Shown piece by piece: positions 48,800 to 62,789 of a stretch of DNA of 64,000 nt. The stretch's first letter is position 1, and each line of letters starts with the position of its first letter. Below the pieces are notes generated by a model that saw nothing but the letters and a program-made list of their open reading frames with translations, was not told the DNA's origin and made no database searches. A program made the position numbers and the translations under genes. Origin of the DNA: Glaucostegus cemiculus (Eukaryota); contig CDPCPM010000033.1 of the NCBI GenBank assembly GCA_976551045.1, positions 19,096,001 through 19,160,000 of the forward strand. The letters are read 5' to 3'.

Positions 48800-51700
48800 A
48801 TCAGATCAAACCAGACATCAACTCTCTCCCATATTGAAGAATGTCTCCTGAGTTTGTCGGAAAGTGATGTATTTGTCATTCCTGGGCACGAGCCAAGAAT
48901 AATCCTTCCAACTATTACTTACGGCCAACTTTAGCCAATAGAAAAATAATTTCAGATCATTTTTGTGTAAATGCAAGCACTGCTGGTAACAGGAATACAC
49001 TGATCCTGCTTCACATCCCTGATGACTTTCAGATTCATGATGCCCTGCATTTATAATCTACATTCAGAGCAGTTCTCGATTACACTAAAGAGGCTTCAAG
49101 TACCATTTCAAATGCTCTCTGCGTTCACCTATGAACTCAACTTCCCTTAGCAATTATCTTAACAGAACTCTGCCTTGTGAATGAGTGACTAGCACGTTTT
49201 AGCTTTAGTTGGTTTATGACTCAATATTATACAGCAAAAAAATCATTAGTCATATTATTCTCAATGGAGTACATCACATCGGCAGTCAAACAGGCTTAGA
49301 AAAAGGCTTTGTAGTCAGCATTGTCCTGTGGTCTGACACCTTCTGTTAACGAATCCCAAGGAAATTTTCTAACAGCTTTTGTTCAACTTCCACTGGACAT
49401 GAATCTAGAGTCAAAGACCATGGCAGTTACTCAATCATCATTCTGTAGGGAGACAATAACAGAACTTGGGCAACTTGGAGAGTGCTGATGGAGTGGAAGT
49501 TGAGGCTGAAATCTAGGTACCTTTCTGAGGTTCCATTTTCCCAATGCCAGGACAGTTTAATTTAATGTTGGGTAGTGGAAACAGCTATAAAATTGTGTCA
49601 TTTTTCAGTACTGTTACATCTTGAGTATTGTGGACAAAAAGATATTTGTTTTCTAGACCAAACAAGACATTTAAGTTTATATTAAGATTATATAAGAAGG
49701 TGTTTAAAATGGATAATGTCTCTCATATTGTTAATTTCAAAGTCCAATTATAATAATTTAAATGTGTGTTCATTGAAAATGTAATAATTAGGTCACACTG
49801 AGATTTACACTGGAAAACATAATGCAGTAATCTTAACTAGCTTCTGGAAACTCATTTTGTTTTAGGTCTTCACTATAAAACACCTATAATGTAAAACTAT
49901 GTGATCAAGTTGAAATAATTTTGACATATTAAGCATTATAGGAACAACAGAACTGGATGTTTTCTCACAAGTTCAACAATCTTCCTACTAAGTCCAAGAC
50001 ACTGAAGTGAATTTTCTGACTGTGATTTATTTTGCAACTTCCACGGCATTCTCATTAACACTTAATGGTCTGGGATAGCTTGCAGGTTTTTCAAAATTAA
50101 CTTAAAAAAGACTTCTGCACAGAACAATGTTGCTGGACATTAGTAGTGTGTAAAATATCTCATCAGCTGTAGTTCTGGACATAACAAAAAAAAAGATCTT
50201 TCTGCTTCATAACAGGACTAGGGCATAATAATTCACTATCCCTCAGAATAGAAAGTGGTGATGATATTGAAAGAAATCCTTGAAAGTGAAATAATTCACA
50301 GTAGTTCAATTTTAAAAGTATAATTCTTATGATAACTGACAAAAGATGCCTAGATCCTTACATTTTAATGAGTGGCAATCAATATTTCTTGTTGTGAATT
50401 ATTTGCAAATTTTCTAAGATAAAGAGGTTCTCTTGAAGAAAAAAGATAACATGTGCATCCTTTTTAAATCTGCGTTTTGCTTCTCATTCAAAATAAGTGA
50501 ATATTAACAATTTGATTTAGTGTTAAGTCATGTTGCCTGTAACTTCAGTATGTACTTAATCTTACCATATGAGAGCAGAAGGATAAATGATATGACAAGT
50601 GAATAGAACAAAAGAACAAATGTCGAGGTTTCTGCAAATAGGTAAAAATGGTCTCCTTTGTTCTGATATGCAGTGAAAAAATCCATGCTGCATCAGTGAA
50701 CCACAAGGAGTGCTATTCCACAAAATACCTCTTGTGTTTGGTTAATGCTAATTTGAAGATTATGCCAATAAAGACTGCTTCCTTTGATTAAGCAAACAGA
50801 GAAATAAAATACCAGTCAAACCAGCTGTTAATGCACAAATGGATGTACAATGGTTATTAAAATTATCTCAAAGATGTACCTTTGTGGTTCATTTAAATCT
50901 TTTGAATTAGAATCAGAATATTAATCATTGTGTAGACCTAAATTAAATGTGGTTAGGCCCCTTAAGAGTTTTCACCAAATTTTCCTGCCTATTTCATTTA
51001 TTGGGTCTTCTTTGTAGGCTGTTTTGCTCTGTAATTGCTCTGCTCCTTTGTTCGTGGCTTTAAGCACAGTGTAATTTTTACCGTATCATAAGTTCTGATT
51101 GAGTAGTTTGATGTTCTTCTAGTAAAAATAGTGTACAGCTGGGGCACAATAAGATTTGGCAGTACTAGCATTTACAAAGCTTTAATGATATCAAATATAT
51201 TTACAATAAGAGCCTCCATTGTCCCTAAAAGATAAAACTTAAATGTATGCCAGATGATGATTTGAAATGTGATTTAACTGGCACATACTGCAATTCACAA
51301 TTTTACTGAAAGCCATTTATTACAAAGAGGAACAATATCTTTAATAATTAAATAAATAACAATACTGCCATAAATTTTGCACTTAACTTTATTTCTTATA
51401 TATGTACTTCACTAAAATATTAAAATGATTTTAAACAAATACTTATGATTTGTAATTGGGTTTTGTAAATTGGTTTTCAAGTAAAATCAGTAACAGGAAT
51501 GTCCTATACAAAACAATTAGGAGTCTCCTTAAATATTAATACAGATTGACAGGTTTAGATGGACAGCTGATGTCATTGGTTTATCAATACATCTGCAGAA
51601 AGACTGACTAAAATACCACTGTCTTACGTCTGATCACAAGTTGTGCGAACAGAAACAGACATAGCCATTCCACTAGTTTATTTTATTGGATGTGTGTCGT

Positions 51701-54700
51701 CTTTTTACACAATACTCTGTATTTAAAAACAGAACAGCCAAATGTTTGCATCAGTCCCTCACTTTCTCGAACATGTGGTGAGTATTAGAAAAACAACATA
51801 TTTGAGTGCACACTGCCCATTCATTCACTGTTAATCTACCATGCCGTCCATTTTGCACTGGAAGCGATGAGGATGGCAATGCAAGAAGTAGTAATTATTT
51901 TTTAAAATCGTATTTCTGTGCAGTGTTGGTTAGCATAATTTTAGTGATGCATAGCTGAGATATTCCTGTTTAAATGTCTCTTAGAGTAGGTTGAAGCCGA
52001 TGTTACAAGTATATTTGCTATTTCTACTGGCTTAAGCATGCATGTGATTAAAGATAACGGTAATCAAATATTTAATGCTGGCACCTCAGCTTATCCTTTC
52101 TTCCGTACTATATCACTTCTTGTCTGCCAAGGAGAGGCAGCTGCAATGTAGGTCATAATTTCTATGATACTGCAGTGAGATTGTACAGCAAAATCAGTTT
52201 GAATGTGTTGGAGTAGATAAGTACATGTGTCATGTGTGTCTACTTGAGATTATTTACAAATATATAGAAATGAAGCACAGAGACCGAGATCTAATTGACC
52301 TGCAACAGTATGCTGCTTCAGTATGATTATTTTTGAGTTATCTGTATTAGTCTTGCTGCGAACTAGACAGAGTGCTATAGATTGACAGTGACGTTTCTGC
52401 CACTTCAATTATGACCAAATGCCTCAATTAGGATGTATCCTAACCATTATTCTCTTCATTTGAGTTAGTGCCAAGTCTGCTTGTCGGGGTCATGGGAGGG
52501 AGGGAAGCCACAAGTCAGGTCTGCATGGCAGGAGGCCCAGTGGTGCAGCAGTCCTGCTGGGGAAGGTGTCAGAGGTCCACTCGGAGGACCAGGGCTGTCA
52601 GTCAACAGCATTCGAGAAGATGGCAGTTCTCAGTAGGGGTTAAATCAAAGTAGAAACACTTAGCTATGTTTTTAAGGGTTTTCATTTTATATGGAATGGT
52701 TTGCCTTTGCTTCAAAAAAAAACTATTATTTCTTCACCAAGGTAATATTCAAGGATATGTATTTATGTTATCTTTTCACATGAGATCTCGGGAAAACATA
52801 ATGAATGGTGCAAGCTTTTTTTTGTATATAAGAGCTTATTGATTCGATTGGTTGCATCTCTGTAAAAGTGATTGACGACATGCCCAACTGTTGCATTTGA
52901 CTGTATGAGCTAATACCAAAATAATTTTGTAATCTAATGAAGTTAGTATTGTGCTTTTATAACATTCAACCTGCTAATTGCTGGGTATTCAATAGTCAAT
53001 AATTATTTTTCATACGTATTCCTCTTAAAGACAAACATCAAACTGTAGGGTTTTTGCTAACATAGGCTATTCATGTTGACAGTAAGCTAAATGCAGGAGC
53101 AGTATTGACATTTTTTCAGTACTTGTGATTTATGAGCTGTGAATTCTAGCTGGAACATTTTATTCTCAAAATCCACATATTCAGGTTTCCAAGATGCAAA
53201 TTAATTTTTGTATGTTAGGTAGCCCAGCAAGGATGATGTTTGGTGATGTTCTATTGAACTGATATTGTTATGTATCCACCGGTTTGTATGTATGGTATTC
53301 ACATTCACACAATACAAACAATCTTAAACCGATACAAAAAAATCTTTACTGTATACAATGCATAAGTAAAGGCACAAACATGACTTGGATAAGAGATCAT
53401 ACAACACTTCTAGAAATTGTAAACTTGTGAAGTACAAGTAGTGAGTGAATTGAGAGTGTCCATTGTAATATAACATTAAATATTTCTCATTTTTACAGTA
53501 TCTTTGATGCATTTCCCTAATAAAGGAAGTTGTTTATCAAATATATCCTAAGTACCACAAACAATTTATGGTTTATTATATTATTGAGCCATTTTATTTC
53601 ACCCAAGGACTCATTTTAAACACTTTGTAAAACTGCAGTCTATTTTGTGCGATCAGCATTTATGTTTTTCTTTCCGAAAACTACTGTTTGCAAGTCAGCA
53701 AATCATTTTCAGCTCAGGCCATTAACTAATTTAAGAGTTCAGATATACTTGAAGCTGAGCAATGCATATATGGCTCAATGCCTTAAACTATGCTATTTTT
53801 AAGTTGGACGAATTGTAGTAAAAAACTGTTTCTCCTGCTTCCTCAATGTAAAGATAACAATACATAGAATCTGTTCTCTTTTTTTTCTCTTTAGACTCAG
53901 AAAATGTTTTTGTACAAAAAGAGTAGTTAGACTGGAAATCATGTGAACAATATCATATGAATACTTAAGATCTAAAAAGGTAAATGGGTTAAACTCATCT
54001 TTAAAATGGAAGAGAAATAGTTTGGTGTGGATACATTAAGAACTTTGATAACTGCTTGCAGGAATTTCGAGGCTTGTATGTTCCAGTTAAAACAATAAAA
54101 AATATTTTGATAATAATATCCTGCTTCAAGCACATGCTACCAGCTAAATTTAGGTGGAAAATGCAAATTGTAATCTTGGGGCATCCTTGATCTATGTACA
54201 AATATATTTGCAATTGTGCTTGGGAGATGCTGGTGAAAATATTAAACCAAGTGGACTCTTGTACATATTTCTTTCACTTCCCATTAATTTTAGCAGTTCT
54301 CTGCTTTCTAACTGCATCTGTTTATTTGTCAAAATTAGCGAACTATTGAAATATTACATGTATGTGATGGTGCTGTGAATGGCATTTACGGGGACAATTG
54401 CCTCCAAGAGTTGCTTTACACATATGGACCACTGTTTTATTCTCACATTAAGATATTAATCTTGTGGGCAGGAATGTTATAAAATAAATGACTTGTATAG
54501 ATACTCAACTTGAAATAAAATGCTGGCCATGAAGCTTTGATTTGCTGAAAGCAGTCATGTGCTGCACGTGGAATAATAACTAACTGCTGGCAAATTAGAG
54601 GGCTGTAATTGAACTGAAAGATTATTATCAGCTCATTAAACAACGAGAGTAAACCTTGAACAAAGATTATCTGAGACCAACCATTGAATTGCACCCTTAT

Positions 54701-57700
54701 CTCTGTCCAACATGTATTGTTTTATATTGTATATACTAAATTTAAAGATTATGTTTCTAAAAAATATACAAACCTGCTGCGTTAACAAAAAACACCCATT
54801 GTGCTGTCCACCTTATGAAATGATGCACATTGAAATGAAATGCTCATGGCAAAATAATGTAGGGAAAAGAATATTATTCTATTTGACCTGAAAGATGGTA
54901 CCATTATTTAATAGAACCGGTGGTAAAATTAGTTAATTTCTTAACTAGTATTGTACATATTAGTAATCAATCCATATCAAAAAAATAAATTTGAGTCTTG
55001 AATTCTGTCTAGAATCAATTCACAGTGATTATCTGTAGTAAATGCATTTGAACAGAAAATATTGAGTAAAAATGTTACTTATCAAAGTTGCTTAATTAAT
55101 GATATCACAGTAGCATTAGTTGGCTTGGGAATGTAATTAAATATATATTAAATGCAGGTACTGATTTATAACTACACCACTGTCCCTTACACTAAATGCA
55201 ATTTAAAGCATATTACAATGTTTGAATTTTCCACATGCTGTGGTTAGAATTGATCACAGGTAACCTCCAAAGTGCATACTTTACAAGCTTGCACTAACAA
55301 TTTTTCTTGTGAATTTTGTTTACATACTTTATACACATATGGCTGCAGCCTTTTGCAGCATTGATAAATGATTTCTTTCAAAAGTTCATTGGCGGTTTGA
55401 TGTAATTTTTTAAAGAATTATAAAGTGGAAAGACCATGTTCGATATTATCTTTATACAAAGTGATTAAGGCTACAATTGATAGTGAGATCTAGCAAGTGG
55501 AGGTTTGATCCCCACAACACATTATAAGAATGAACAAGAACTGCTGTTAGAGTAACTTACGCAAGTGAAGGAGGTTCACTTTGACTTTACACTACAGTGT
55601 CAAACAGGCAATAGTGAATTGACAGTACATTTATTTCAATTGAGAGAATTTTGAATCTTGAATGAACTCATTGTCACCCATTTTACACTATCACAAACAA
55701 AAACAATTGCAAGGTTTTTTTCTTGGGGGAAAGCCCTTCTTTAACATTTTGTCTATCTTTTTTTTTCATTACTGTCATGAGCGGGAACATGGCAAGAAAT
55801 ACTCAAGAAAAGAATCTTCTCTATTATTCCAGACCTAGCATACCCTGACACAAAACACTGCCCTGGCTTAGCAAGGCACCAGGGCCTAGCCACCTGGAAT
55901 GGAACCTGAATTAGATAACACAACAAACATCCAACAACCAACATCTGAGAAAATATAGTCAAAGCCCCTCACAAATACTTAGAACAACTGAATTAGCTAA
56001 ATGAAATGTGGAGATATGATGGGAGAGTCAGCAAAGATAGAAAGTAGCACATTGCTGTGGGGCCATTTCCAATGTAATGGGTATAGACTGTTATTGTGGA
56101 GAGCATTTCTGCTCCTGAAAGTGAGCTATACTTTCTCAGCAAATTCTTAATCGATAACAAAGTCCACTGCAGAGTGTGCAGACTAATACACATGAAGAGC
56201 TCAAACAAGGTCTTCAGAGACTGCCTCTGGAACTATCTACATACAGATGACACAATCCTTAAAGGGGTGACAGCGTTAAAGCAATAATTATTGTTCACAC
56301 AGACCATGGTTCTCAATTATAGAACTAGAAGCTGGAGAAAATTATGGTTAGAACCCAGCATAACAAGCAGCTAAGGAGTTCACCTCATATAAATGCATCA
56401 TAAATCAGGAGCAATGGAATTTTCAAATAATCTCCTCAAACATCAGAATAGTGCCTTGCAAGCCTCACCTATGATGAACACCTGCATGGCAAAGCCCTAT
56501 GCAGTGAGAGGATGACAATGTGTATCACCTGCAGATGATGTATGGGGAATGAAGGCATTGCTTTAATGCTTCTTGGCTTTTAATTCTATGCTGTTACATG
56601 TTTTTTGTGTGAGCTGAAGAAGTTGTTCCATTTCCAGTATGAGTTTCAAGAAAACCTCAGATCAAATATAAAAGTGCACAATACAATGATACTAATGTTA
56701 TGTTGGATCTCTTTTCTTCATGAGGAGGCTTTCACACATTGGATGTAAAAAGACCACCATCAGGACATGGGCTCTTAAATGGACTTTGGTAGGTCTTCCC
56801 CATTGGTTATGGTCAATTTTTAATGAATGTACTGCAGACATTGTCCAGAAATCCAGGATGACTCTATCAGCTTGATATATGCCACCAGCATAAAACTGTT
56901 GTTTGCAAGAAGAACACCAACAGTAAATTGGCAACATACAGATATAAGTGTTGGTAATATCATCCATTATAAAGTCAAGAAGATAACAGGTAAGTTGTTC
57001 ACCAAACCAATTTCTTCCCTTTTCTCACTGAATGACATCTCACACAATGTCAGCACATTGAAGCATTACGCAAAAGTACCAGAACTCATTGTTGGCTGGA
57101 ACATGCCCAACTATAAGTTCATAAAGGTGTAGTGGGCAATATTTTCAGTAGTGACTTGACTTCCTGTCCTACTGAGGCATGACTGCAAATAAGAGTCAAC
57201 ATTAGAGCTGTGAAATTGCATGAACCTTGGCATGAGCACAGAATGAACGTATGGCATGTATCAAAGTAATAATTTACTTTCCTACAAACTTATGGAAATG
57301 GTGAAGGGAAATGTCTATACTGGTACCTCACTTAACACTCGCGAAGTGCACCAGCTCTCATGTACTATAGTTTCACTAGCCATTGATATCATGCACTCTT
57401 ATTGGCTGAGCAAATGTGAATATTATGGCTGTGTTTGACAAGCTACCTGGATGCATTTGACAACCTGATAAGCTGGTAGGTTTAGATCACTTTATTTCTC
57501 TGTTTTAGTTTCCTATTATATCTTAGTAAATATATTTCCCTTCAGGGCAAGAATCCCATAATAGATTGGCTCTTTGTGGGTCATTTGGCTTCAGGCTTCT
57601 AGGAACTGAGACATAGATACTCCCCACCCATTTTAAGCATGTAATCCTGGGAAAGCCAAAGTAAAGACCTAAACTGAGAAATTTTGGAATTATCTGGACC

Positions 57701-57739
57701 AATGACATAAATAAAGGGAGTGTAAATGCAAACAAGAAG

Positions 57740-57835
57740 CTAGCCCACCTCCTGACACACCAAAACCTTTTCACCATCTCCAAAGAACAAATCAGGAATA
57801 TGATGGAATACTCTCCTTTTGCAGCTCCAAAAAAT
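57740..57835 (+). mobile_element. LINE-B short fragment
   Basis: CACCTCCTGACACACCAAAACCTTTTCACCATC...TGATGGAATACTCTCCTTTTGC matches 63138-63215. Confidence 0.65.
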
Positions 57836-58367
57836 AGGGGTAACAAATTGAAAATTCTTGTCCAGTTGCATGAGTTTGAAATAACATTGACCCTGATTTA
57901 CAGATCTCTTGTATGAAGTGACCTCAGTTCAGTCAGAAGCAGGTCTGGCTCTCTCTTGGAGGAAATACAGTGTGTCAGCATTCAGTGTAGGGCCATACAA
58001 CTTGAATCATAGATTCACTGGGAAATAAAGAATCACCTGATGGTTAATTCTGGTTTTACACAACGTGGCTCTTTAATTTAACCAGTTGAGATGTTCAACT
58101 ACACTCAGATTTATCCAAAGTGTCAAGGAAACAGAATGTTGTAAATAAAACCTGGATATACTCATTAGATCATGCAGCATCTGTGGAGGGAGAAGTAGTT
58201 ACTATTTCAGACGACTGAACCGTTGTCATTTTGAATCCTGAACTGTTTATTCTATTTCCCTTCAACTGTGACCAAATCTGATGAATGTTTTTATCTCTGG
58301 TTAATCCAGCTAGATAATGTGTGCTGCTTCTCCTTCCTATGCTTCAAGATACAACAACAGAAATAAC

Positions 58368-58630
58368 TGGCATCAATGTAGTGCTTTTACTTTGATAAAA
58401 AGTTTCACAGCATTATCTGATAACATTTGACAGCAAGTCATTTATGTAGATGTTGGAACAGGTCATTGAAAGCTTGGTCAAAAAGTACATTTTAAGAGGA
58501 ATCTTAAAGGATGGAGTGAGGAACAGGGGGTTAGGGAAAGAATTCCAGAACTTAAGATCCAGACAGCTGGTATGACCAATAATTATGTAATAAAAACGGG
58601 GGATAGCCAAGAGTCCAGAATTGGAGGATG
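58368..58630 (-). mobile_element. L2 LINE 3' end
   Basis: ORF 58413-58610(-) contains L...WNS.P......SFK.PLK.Y, the L2 C-terminus. AAAGCTTGGTCAAAAAG is the reverse counterpart of 47340-47357. Confidence 0.65.
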
Positions 58631-59039
58631 CAGTGCATAGTGTTCTGCCTTGCCCCCTTCCTTTGTCAACCCTGGTACATTTCTATCATTTGAAGAGTGT
58701 TCCAGGACAAACTGCATAGCCTTGACTCCAGCATTTTGAAAGTTATCGAATTTATCAAGGATCGCTCTACTTTTCCAATTTTCCCCTCGGCTTTGCTTCC
58801 CATGTGCACATTGTCTGATCTTTTAACCTTGTCTGGAAAATTTCCTGCCTTTCTTATATGGTCCTTACAAATTTGAAAACCAGCAGTCACCACTCTGGGG
58901 CCTGTAAAACATCAGTTCTTGTTCCTAATTGAGTTTGAACTACACCCTTTAAAATGTCTTGGAATCAACACGTCTCCTTTATTCCTTTCCCAATGTAATT
59001 TCCCAAATTACAACAGGAGATGGAAAGGGCACATAAGAG

Positions 59040-61792
59040 AGGCAATGTTAGGTGGTTATGGGGGACTTCAATATGCAGGTAGACTGGGAAAATCAGGTTG
59101 GCACTGGATCACAAGAGAAGGAATTTGTAGAATGCCCATGAGATGGCTTTTTAGAGTAGCTTGTGGTGGAGCCCACTAGGGAAAAGGCACTTCTGGATTT
59201 GGTGCTGTCAATGAACCAGATTTGTTTAGAGAGTTTAAGGTAAAGGAACCCTTAGGAGGCAGTGATCATGATATGATATAATTCACCCTGCAGTTAGAGA
59301 GAGAGAAGCTAAAATCGCATCTATTGGTATTACAGGTAATGACAGAGGCATGAGAGAGGAGCTGACCAAAGTTGATTGGAAGGGGACTCTAGCAGGGATG
59401 ACAGTAAAGCAGCAATGGCAGGAGTTTTGGGAGTAATTCAGAAGATGCAGGATCATTTCATCCCAAAGAAGCATTCTAAAGGGAGGATGAGGCAACCGTG
59501 GTTGACTAGGGAAGTCAAAGACAGCACAACAGCAAAAGAGAGGGTATACAATATTGCACAAATTAGTAGGAAGCTAGAGGATTGGGAAGCTTTAAAAACC
59601 AACAGAAGACAACTAAAAACTCAATAAGGGGAGAAAAGATGAAACATGATTGTAAGCTAGCTGATAATATAAAAGAGGATACCAAAAGTTTTTTTCAGAT
59701 ATATAAAAAGTAAAAGAGGGGTAAGAGTGGACATTGGAGTGCTGTAAGATGACACTGGAGAAGTAGTAATGAGGAACCAAGAAATGGTGGACAAACTGAT
59801 TAAGTATTTTGCATCTCTCTTTACTGTGGAAGACACCAGCAACATACCAGACATTTGAGAGAGTCAGGGGGCAGAAGTGAGTGTAGTTGCTATTACTAAG
59901 GAGGTGGTGCTTGGGAAGCTGAAAGGTCTGCAGGTAGATAAGTCACCTGGACTGGATGGACTACACCCCTTCTGAAAGAGGTAGCTGAAGAGATTGTGGA
60001 TGCATTAGTAGTGATCTTTCAAGAATCACTTAGAGTCAGGAATGATTCCAGAGGACTAGAAAACTGCAAATGTCACTCCACTCTTTAAGAAGGGAGGGAG
60101 GCAAAAGACAGGAAATTATAGGCCACTTAGCACGACTTCAATAGTTGGTAAGATTTAGAGTCCATTATTAAGGATGAGGTTGCAGGGTACTTGGAAGCTT
60201 GGCTAAAATCAGCATGGTTTTCTTAAGGGGATATCTTGTCTGACAAATCTGTTGGAATTCTTTGAGGAAGTAGCAGGCAGAATAGACAAAGGAGAGTCAG
60301 TGGATGTTGTTTACTTGGATTTTCAGAAGTCCTTTAACAAGGTGTCACACATGAGGCTGTTAAACAAGATAGGAGCCCATGGTATTACAGGAAAGGTACT
60401 GGCCTGGATAGAAAATTGGCTGACTGGCAGAAGGCAAAGAATGGGAATAAAGGGGGTGTTTTCTGGTTGGCTGCCAGTGACTAGTGGTGTTCCACAGGGG
60501 TTAGTGTTGGGTCCGCTACTTTTCACACGTGTTCATGATCTGGCTGACAGAATTGATGGTTTTGTGGCCAAGTTTGCAGATGATACAAAAATAGGTGGAG
60601 GGGCAGGTAGTGTTGAGGATGCAGGGAGTCTGCAGAAGGACTTGGATAAGTTGGGAGAATGGGCAGAGAAATGGCAGATGGAATGCAGTGCAGAGAAGTG
60701 TATGAACATGCACTTCGATAGAAGTAATAAAAGTGTAGACTATTTTCCATAAATAGTCTACATTTATAGAAGAATCTTAAAGGATGGAGTGAGGAATAGG
60801 GAGTTAGGGAAAGAATTCCAGAGCTTAAGATCCAGACAGCTGGTATGACCAATAACTTTGCAATAAAAATGGGGGATAGCCAAGAGTCCAGAACTGGAGG
60901 ATGAAGCGGATAGTGTTCTGCCTTACCCCTTTCCTTTGTCGACCCTGGTACATTTCTATTATTTGAAGAGTGTTTCAGGACATACTGCATAGATTTGACT
61001 CCAGCATTTTGAAAGTTATCAAATTGATCCAAGTTATCAAATGTAAAGGGAGAGAATTCAGAAATCAGAGGTGCAAAGGGACTTGGGAGTCCGAGTGCAG
61101 GATTCCCTAAAGGTTAACTTGCAGGTTGAGTCTGTAGTAAAGAAGGCAAATGCAATGTTAGTATTCATTTCAGCTAGACTATAAAAGCAATTATGTAATG
61201 CTGAGGCTCTATAAGGCATTATTCAGACCACATTTGGAGTATTGTGAGCAGTTTTGGGCCCCATATCTAAGGAAGGATGTGCTGGTGTTGGAAAGGGTCC
61301 AGAGGAGGTTTATGAGAATGATCCCCTAGGTGAAAAGGTTAATGTATGAGGAGCATTTGATGGATCTGGGCCTTTACTCGCTGGAAATAAGAAGAATGAG
61401 GGGGGATCTCATTGAAACCTACTGAATATTGAAAGGCTTGGAATAGAGTGCACATGGAGAGGGTGTTTCTAGTAATGGGAGAGTCCAGAACCAGAGGGCA
61501 CAGCCTCAGGATAAAATGTCCCTTTAGAACTGAGTTGATAAGGAATTTCTTTAGCCAGAGGGTGGTGAATCTGCAGAATTCATTGCCACAGATGGTTGTG
61601 GAGGCCAAGCCATTGGGTATATTTAAAGTGGAGGTTGACAGGCTCTTGATTAGTAAGAGCATCAAAGGTTACAGTGAGAAGGCAGAAGAATAGGGTTGAG
61701 GGGGATAAATAAATCAGTCATAATCAAATGGCAGAGCAGACTCACTGAACCGAATGGCCTAATTCTGCCTCTATGTCTTATGGTCTTATGGT
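59040..61792 (+). mobile_element. CR1 (HER1-type) LINE, ~2.45 kb from the endonuclease C-terminus to the 3' tail, pseudogenised
   Basis: MGDFN (~59058), ORF 60252-60752 (YLDFQKSFNKV, SGVPQGLVLGPLLF, KFADDTK), FFSQRVVNL (61448-61693), tail TCTTATGGTCTTATGGT. Confidence 0.95.
60748..61043 (+). repeat. Locally templated insertion in CR1: copy of 58486-58758 with junctional fold-back and duplication
   Basis: 60759-61031 aligns without gaps to 58486-58758 (offset 2273; about 25 mismatches in 273 by manual count). CR1 reads through as GACTATTTTC|TAAAGGGAGAG when the insert is removed. Confidence 0.92.
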
Positions 61793-62384
61793 AAGTTTGA
61801 ACTTGCCCTCAGAGTACATAGAAATTAGGCAAAACCATTTAACCTCCACTCCAATTGTCCATGTGGACAGAATTCTTAGGGCTATAGGAATCACGGAATC
61901 AATCCTCGTGCTGATTCACTCATGGAGAGTTCAATCATTCTTTCTGAAGAGAAGAGAAGACTTATCTCAATGTTGTAAATTGTGACTGTTCAAATGCTCT
62001 CCAGTCTTTGATTGAAATTGGCTAATATAAGCCAAAAGGCCTTGATCTTTTTGAATAAATATTTCTTGCTTGGAAACAAAGGCCTTCTAGAGGCACTGAG
62101 CTTTGTCATTCTCATTATCAAATTCCACATATGTAATGCAATATGTTCATGCAATTTACATCATTGACTTGTGTATTTCCCAGTAAATTATAGTTGCTTT
62201 GTCAATCAGTTTTTGATGCAATATATGCCGAATGATTGGAACGTAGTGAGGCAGACTTGTTGGTTCTCAGAATGGGTTGATTACCCTCATCAAATCTTGC
62301 AGGATTAGGTCTATTTACATATCTCTAGCAAGCTTCTGACATCAATCATACTTGTCATTAAGATCTTGCTATTTGGGGGATGAG

Positions 62385-62785
62385 ATTTAGTTAGTTTAAA
62401 GAGGTTGGTTCACAGACAGAAAGCAAAGAGTGTGAATACGTGAATCCTTCTCGGGTTTAGTGGGATTGGTACCTGCAGCCCAGCTATTCACAATCCATAT
62501 CAATGATTTGGCTGAAGGGACCAAATTCCATATTTCCAATTTTGCTGATAAACAAAACTAAGCATGAATGTTAGTAGGGAGGAGGAAGAGGCTTCAATGG
62601 ATAAAAATGAGTGAAATGAATGGGAGAAAATGTGGCAGATGAGATACATTGTGCAAAAATGTGAGGCCATCCATGTTAGTGCACAGAACAGAAAAGCGTA
62701 GTATTCTTTAAATGATGATAGGTCTGGAAATATTGACATTCGAAGCAACCTAGGTACCCTTGTACACCAGCCAGTGAAAGGTAAC
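62385..62785 (+). mobile_element. Old CR1 RT fragment
   Basis: ACAGAAAGCAAAGAGTG (RKQRV), ATATCAATGATTTGG (INDL), TTTGCTGAT (FAD), and a W...WQM...V.KCE.IH segment. Confidence 0.7.
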
Positions 62786-62789
62786 TCCA

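Noticed and set aside
55760-57130. Possible Tx1/L1 remnant (CRVCRLIH..VFRD near 56170-56225)
   Set aside because: Only a faint motif resemblance; no RT or endonuclease motifs found.
59040-61792. Active CR1 element
   Set aside because: 5'-truncated, with multiple stops and frameshifts and a 296-bp insertion in ORF2.
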